Under the pieces are notes generated by a model that searched no databases, was not told where the DNA came from, and worked only from the letters and a program-made list of their open reading frames with translations. Both the position numbers and the translations under genes were made by a program. Positions 59,368-64,000 of a stretch of 64,000 nt of DNA are shown piece by piece. The stretch lies in NCBI GenBank assembly GCA_040755035.1, contig JBFMBU010000082.1:25464-89463 (forward strand), read 5' to 3'. Position 1 is the stretch's first letter, and each line of letters starts with the position of its first letter. The DNA is from Thermodesulfobacteriota bacterium. Its GTDB lineage: Bacteria; Desulfobacterota; RBG-13-43-22.

Positions 59368-59508
59368 ATAGAATACAAGGGGAGTAGTTTTTAGGGTGGC
59401 TATCGTCAATACGTCTGTGAAGAGCAGGCCGGTACCGCCTGTCCGGGAAACCTGACAAACGAGACCTTTATTACGAATTTTTTATGTCGTAATAAAGGTT
59501 TTTTTTTA
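59368..59508 (+). ncRNA. Candidate about 140-nt leader or small RNA ending in an intrinsic terminator
   Basis: Starts downstream of the promoter above. Ends with a hairpin (59465-59498) followed by a T9 run (59499-59507), 35 nt before the PGPGW ATG. Confidence 0.3.
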
Positions 59509-59541
59509 CAAAAAAAGAAAACGATTCTTGAGCAGGAATAA

Positions 59542-59775
59542 ATGACGGCCCTTTGGCAAAAAAGTCTTCGACAGGTTAGAAGGATCATCATTGCCGTTAT
59601 CGGGTTCACTTTGCTTGGGGTGGGGCTGGTGATGACCGTTTTGCCGGGACCGGCACTGCTGGTCATCCCCCTCTCCCTGGGCATCCTGGCCACGGAATTC
59701 GTCTGGGCCAGAAATCTGATTAAAAAGGTAAAAAGCAAATTGCCGATTAGAAACAATAAGGAGGAAAGACTATGA
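59542..59775 (+). CDS. PGPGW-domain small membrane protein
   Basis: Two transmembrane segments with a PGP motif (VLPGPALLVIPLSLG). Confidence 0.65.
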   Translation: MTALWQKSLRQVRRIIIAVIGFTLLGVGLVMTVLPGPALLVIPLSLGILATEFVWARNLIKKVKSKLPIRNNKEERL

Positions 59776-60026
59776 AATGTCCGGTATGCAACGTTGCCCT
59801 GACCATGTCGGAAAGACAGGGCATAGAAATAGATTATTGTCCCCAATGCCGGGGGGTCTGGTTGGACCGGGGAGAACTGGATAAAATTATTGAAAGGTCG
59901 GCGGCCCTGTCTCAAAGGGAACTGCGGGAAAGGCCGGAGTCTCCCAGGGATTACCGCGAAAAGGAAGATTACTCAAAGCATAAACACTATAAACGGAAAT
60001 CCTTCCTGGCGGAATTGTTTGATTGA
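59772..60026 (+). CDS. TFIIB-type zinc-ribbon domain protein
   Basis: CPVC...CPQCRGVWLDRGELDKI. Overlaps the PGPGW gene by 4 bp. Confidence 0.65.
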   Translation: MKCPVCNVALTMSERQGIEIDYCPQCRGVWLDRGELDKIIERSAALSQRELRERPESPRDYREKEDYSKHKHYKRKSFLAELFD

Positions 60027-60143
60027 TTACACCCATTCTCTGCCGGAAGTTGATTTAGCTTATCCACTCTGCCCCCTACTCCACATGGTAATTAGGGGGG
60101 ATTTATTACCATTCCAAAAAAGATTATACGGTACCACTTAACA

Positions 60144-60326
60144 TGGTTTCGCAAAAAGTACTATTTTGTCATTTCGAGGAGAGAAGCGACGAGAAATCTT
60201 TTCGGTCAATTTCATTGACCCTAACAGGAGATTGGCAAGTCGGTCGGGCCGTTCGACTTGGTCGAACTAAGAGAACCGACCGGTCGAAATGACAACGAAG
60301 GGATTTTTACACTTTTTGCGAGACCA
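60144..60326. repeat. 183-bp variant of the same nested palindromic element
   Basis: Termini tggtttcgcaaaaagta / tacactttttgcgagacca. Inner gtcatttcgagg...ccggtcgaaatgac. Immediately followed by REP copy 6. Confidence 0.7.
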
Positions 60327-60332
60327 TTATTA

Positions 60333-60394
60333 AACCCGGATTGAATGAGGAATTTTCGGATATTCCATTTTGGTTCCGGCTGGTCCGGGTTGGG
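60333..60394. repeat. REP-like repeat, copy 6
   Basis: aacccggattgaatgaggaattttcggatattccattttggttccggctggtccgggttggg. Lies 16 bp upstream of the P-type ATPase ATG. Confidence 0.8.
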
Positions 60395-60410
60395 ATAAGA
60401 AAGAACATCC

Positions 60411-63152
60411 ATGCATTTTCATCAGAAGGAATGGGCCGAGGTCGTCCAAGATTTGAATACCTCTGCGGAAGGTCTTTCGGCGGCAGAGGCCCAAAAACGT
60501 CTGACCCAATACGGTCCCAATGAACTGGAGGAAAAGAAAAAAAAGACCCTTTTCGGGATCTTTCTGGCTCAGTTCAAAGACTTTATGATCCTGGTCCTCA
60601 TGGCCGCCGCGGTCATCTCCGGATTCATCGGTGAGCCTTCCGATACCATTGCCATTCTGGTTATCGTCATCCTTAATGCGGTAATCGGCTTCGTTCAGGA
60701 ATACCGGGCTGAGAAGGCCATGGCCGCCCTGAAACAGATGGCCGCCCCCTTCGCCCTGGTACTGCGGGATAAACAACCGATCCAGATTCACGCTTCCGAG
60801 CTCGTCCCCGGAGATATGGTCCTTCTGGAAGCCGGCAGAGTAGTCCCGGCCGATCTCAGACTTATGGAAGCGGCCCAGTTGCAAGTGGAAGAAGCGGCCT
60901 TGACCGGGGAATCCGTTCCGGTGGAAAAACAGGTTCAATCCATCCCCGACCCCTCCCTGCCCCTGGGCGACCGCAGAAACTTGGCTTTTAAGGGGACTTT
61001 TGTCACCTACGGACGCGGGGCCGGAGTGGTTACAGCCACCGGCATGAAAACCGAGCTGGGCCGCATCGCCACCATGCTTCAGGAAGGGGAGGAAGTCAAG
61101 ACCCCGCTCCAAAAACGTCTGACCGCTTTTGGTCAAAGGCTGGCCCTGGTGGTCTTAGCCATTTGTTTTATCATTTTCGTGGCCGGCCTGTTCCGTAATG
61201 AACCACTCCTGCTTATGTTGCTGACGGCCATTTCCCTGGCCGTAGCCGCCATCCCCGAGGCCTTACCGGCGGTGGTAACCATCACCCTGGCCCTGGGGGC
61301 CAGGAAGCTGGTCAGGCAGAATGCCTTAATCCGTAAACTCCCGGCCGTGGAAACGCTCGGTTCGGTAACCTATATCTGCTCGGATAAAACCGGGACCTTG
61401 ACCTTGAACAAAATGACCGTGGAGGAGATTTTCCTGAACGGAAAAGTAGTTCGGAGTTCGGAGATTTCGGCGAGTTCAATCGAGTTGTTCGGAGATCAGG
61501 GATCAGAGATCAGAGTTCAGAGTTCAGAGAACGAAGATCAAAAGATTGGAAATTTCATGGGTGAGTCAGGCAAAGGTGGAAACGAGCTCCGACCCCTTCC
61601 CACCTTCCTGACCGCCCTGGCTCTGAATAACGACGCCCAGGTCGATCAGGAGGGCAAATTGATCGGGGACCCCACCGAACTGGCCCTCTTTGATCTGGCC
61701 CGGCAAAAAGGTTTCGAAAAACAGACGTTGGAAAAAGTCCTCCCCCGCCGTGATGAAATTCCTTTTGATGCCGACCGAAAATGCATGACCACCGTTCATC
61801 GCTTTAACAGGGCGAATAGTCAGGGCCCGAAATTCGTTTCCTTTACCAAGGGAGCCGTCGATGTCCTGTTGGAAAAATCCGAGCACTTATTGACTTCCCA
61901 GGGACCGGTAATAATTGAAAGGGACCCGGTTGACCGGATCACCGAAAAAATGGCCGAAGAAGGCTTGAGGGTCCTGGGTGTGGCCATGCGCCTCTGGGAA
62001 ACCCTGCCGGAAAACCTGTCCCCGGAAACTATGGAAAAAGGACTCATCTTCATTGGGCTGGCCGGCTTAATGGACCCCCCAAGGGAAGAGGCCAGGGAGG
62101 CCATCCGTCTTTGCCGTACGGCCGGGATCATTCCGGTCATGATCACCGGCGACCACCCGGTTACCGCCGCAACCATAGCAAAAAGGCTGGGCCTGGTTGA
62201 GGACGACTCCCAAGCGGTCATGACCGGCCGGGAATTGGAAAAAATGCCCCTGCCGGAATTTGAGAAAAAGGTGGAGCACATCCGGGTTTACGCCCGGGTG
62301 GCCCCGGAACAAAAACTGAAAATCGTCCAGGCCCTGCAGGATAAGGGTCAATTCGTGGCCATGACCGGAGACGGAGTTAATGACGCCCCGGCTTTAAAAC
62401 GGGCCGATATCGGCATCGCCATGGGCATCACCGGCACCGATGTCTCCAAAGAGGCTGCTCATCTGATCCTGCTGGACGACAACTTCGCCACCATCGTCAA
62501 GGCCGTTAAAGAAGGTCGGAAGATATTTGACAATATCAGGAAATTTATCAAATACCTTTTAACCACCAACTCCGGAGAAATCTGGACCCTTTTCCTGGCT
62601 CCCCTGGTAGGTCTACCCATCCCCTTGCTGCCCATCCACATCCTCTGGGTAAATCTGGTTACCGACGGGCTCCCGGCCCTGGCCCTTTCCGTAGAACCGG
62701 AAGGAGGGGATGTGATGAAGCGGCCTCCGCGGCACCCCAAAGAAAGTATTTTTTCCCGGGGTTTGGGACTTCATGCGATCTGGGTGGGTTTGTTGATGGG
62801 CCTGATCACCCTCTCGGTTCAGACCTGGACCCTCCATACCGGGAACGGACATTGGCAGACCATGGTTTTTACCGTCCTGTGCCTGACCCAACTCGGTCAT
62901 GTCCTGGCCATACGATCCGAAAAAGAATCGCTTTTCACCCAGGGTCTATTCACCAACATACCTTTGCTGGGGGCAGTCGGTTTGACTTTCGCCCTTCAAA
63001 TGGCCACGATCTATGTCCCTTTTCTCAACCCGATTTTTAAGACCGTTCCCCTGACTTTCCGGGAATTGGTCATTACTCTGGCCCTCTCCACTGTGGTTTT
63101 TTGGGCGGTGGAGGTGGAAAAATATTTTAAAAGAAGGTCAGACGTTTTCTGA
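60411..63152 (+). CDS. P-type cation-transporting ATPase (type IIA, Ca2+/SERCA-like)
   Basis: DKTGTLT phosphorylation site. TGES, GDGVNDAPAL and PEGL-type motifs. 10 transmembrane helices. Contains a low-complexity insert in the N-domain encoded by heptanucleotide tandem repeats. Confidence 0.9.
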   Translation: MHFHQKEWAEVVQDLNTSAEGLSAAEAQKRLTQYGPNELEEKKKKTLFGIFLAQFKDFMILVLMAAAVISGFIGEPSDTIAILVIVILNAVIGFVQEYRAEKAMAALKQMAAPFALVLRDKQPIQIHASELVPGDMVLLEAGRVVPADLRLMEAAQLQVEEAALTGESVPVEKQVQSIPDPSLPLGDRRNLAFKGTFVTYGRGAGVVTATGMKTELGRIATMLQEGEEVKTPLQKRLTAFGQRLALVVLAICFIIFVAGLFRNEPLLLMLLTAISLAVAAIPEALPAVVTITLALGARKLVRQNALIRKLPAVETLGSVTYICSDKTGTLTLNKMTVEEIFLNGKVVRSSEISASSIELFGDQGSEIRVQSSENEDQKIGNFMGESGKGGNELRPLPTFLTALALNNDAQVDQEGKLIGDPTELALFDLARQKGFEKQTLEKVLPRRDEIPFDADRKCMTTVHRFNRANSQGPKFVSFTKGAVDVLLEKSEHLLTSQGPVIIERDPVDRITEKMAEEGLRVLGVAMRLWETLPENLSPETMEKGLIFIGLAGLMDPPREEAREAIRLCRTAGIIPVMITGDHPVTAATIAKRLGLVEDDSQAVMTGRELEKMPLPEFEKKVEHIRVYARVAPEQKLKIVQALQDKGQFVAMTGDGVNDAPALKRADIGIAMGITGTDVSKEAAHLILLDDNFATIVKAVKEGRKIFDNIRKFIKYLLTTNSGEIWTLFLAPLVGLPIPLLPIHILWVNLVTDGLPALALSVEPEGGDVMKRPPRHPKESIFSRGLGLHAIWVGLLMGLITLSVQTWTLHTGNGHWQTMVFTVLCLTQLGHVLAIRSEKESLFTQGLFTNIPLLGAVGLTFALQMATIYVPFLNPIFKTVPLTFRELVITLALSTVVFWAVEVEKYFKRRSDVF

Positions 63153-63185
63153 AAAACGATTAAAAATCAATTCAAGGCGGCCGCT

Positions 63186-64000
63186 ATGTCCTATATAAAA
63201 AAGGCGATTCGGGTTACTTTCCTGCTTTTCTTGCTACTATCTGGGACAGGTATTTTTCAGGGATCGGTCTGGAGCGCCACCAAAATAGTTAAAATTGGAT
63301 TTATCACGGAAGAGACCGGTTATAATTTTCCGATAGCCCTTTCCCAGAAAAAGGCCCTGGAGGTCGGCCTGGAAGAGATCAATTCCTCCGGAGGTTTTCT
63401 GGGAAAGAAGGTGATCCTGATTATTAGGGATTCGGGCTCCAAACCCGAAAAAGGAGCGGCCCTGGCCAGGGATTTGATATTAAGGGAACGGGTCGACTTC
63501 CTGTTGGGTCCAACCAGTTCGGAAGTGGCCTTGGCCGTTTCCCGTGTCGCCAGGGAGCATAAAAAAATAATCGGTTTTCATGCCTCCAACGGGGATAAAC
63601 TGACCGTCGAACAGGGACACCGCTATCTGTTTCAGGTAATCCCCAATACCATTATGGAGGGGCGGGCCCTGGCCGCCTTTCTTTCCCAAAAACACTTTAA
63701 TAAATTCGCTTTAATCGGTCCGGACAACGAACAGGGACAAAGCCTGGCCCAGGCCTTTAAGAAACGTTTATCGGAATTGAATCCGGGGGTCCAGGTAGTC
63801 AGAGAAGTTTGGACCAAATCGGGGGAAGAGGATTTCAGCTTCTCTATTTCCACCATCCAATCCCATCCGCCGGATGCAATTGTCGCCTTTCTGGGCAGCG
63901 GGGACCTGGCCCGTTTTTTACGCCAGGGACGGACCGCGGGTTTGTTTCCCCAGGTCTCATTGATAGGGAGGTTTGATTATGATCTCCTTAAAGGCCTTGG
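63186..64000 (+). CDS. ABC transporter substrate-binding protein (LivK/branched-chain amino acid family), 3'-truncated by the window
   Basis: Signal peptide followed by a periplasmic binding-protein type I fold. The ORF is open to the end of the window. Confidence 0.7.
   Translation, partial: MSYIKKAIRVTFLLFLLLSGTGIFQGSVWSATKIVKIGFITEETGYNFPIALSQKKALEVGLEEINSSGGFLGKKVILIIRDSGSKPEKGAALARDLILRERVDFLLGPTSSEVALAVSRVAREHKKIIGFHASNGDKLTVEQGHRYLFQVIPNTIMEGRALAAFLSQKHFNKFALIGPDNEQGQSLAQAFKKRLSELNPGVQVVREVWTKSGEEDFSFSISTIQSHPPDAIVAFLGSGDLARFLRQGRTAGLFPQVSLIGRFDYDLLKGL

Noticed and set aside
1-64000. CRISPR arrays, rRNA and tRNA genes
   Set aside because: No regularly spaced direct repeats with unique spacers were seen. 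No tRNA-like cloverleaf or rRNA-like sequence was recognised by eye. None are called.

Overview
The window is a 64-kb chromosomal segment, moderately GC-rich, with a gene repertoire typical of a Deltaproteobacteria/Desulfobacterota-like anaerobe; the taxon is inferred from gene content, not established. The core genes read clearly from the translations.

Core metabolism, transport and regulation:
- A TctABC tripartite tricarboxylate transporter.
- A 4-subunit 2-oxoacid:ferredoxin oxidoreductase (KorDABC) immediately followed by HdrA(-MvhD fusion)-HdrC-HdrB, a bifurcation-type redox module.
- MobA-FdhD plus a NifS-like cysteine desulfurase.
- SerA, GcvH, PlsY, DsbD, an EF-G paralogue and a P-type ATPase.
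- A 2-hydroxyacyl-CoA-dehydratase-like subunit + activase + LUD trio.
- A HadAB-like hotdog pair and a VapBC toxin-antitoxin pair.
- An NtrC-type sigma-54 response regulator preceded by an orphan HisKA-only ORF.
- An HD-GYP dual-receiver regulator.
- A glycosylation cluster (ArnT/PMT-like membrane GT + GT2 + GT4 + GT2).

The most interesting region is an AT-rich, entirely minus-strand accessory island at about 27.8-38.2 kb, lying between plsY and a MATE transporter gene. It carries:
- a Type III restriction-modification system (mod-res) with an unknown acidic gene fused into its operon;
- an SDH-family Clp-fold serine protease sandwiched between two duplicated C-terminal relics of a Type IIG/BREX-like N6-adenine methyltransferase;
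- a tight three-gene operon of unknown function (a TIGR04255-like protein plus two unannotatable proteins), which is a candidate uncharacterised defence module;
- a degraded COG2865-like regulator remnant.

Outside the island I also call:
- a HesB/IscA-like selenoprotein gene (in-frame UGA at the conserved cluster-ligand Cys position, with its own consensus promoter and terminator), missed by the ORF track;
- several families of palindromic MITE/REP-like repeats;
- an internal 7-nt tandem repeat tract inside the P-type ATPase gene;
- a promoter + terminator bounded candidate sRNA or leader.

All calls rest on reading the translations and DNA by eye. No database search was run.
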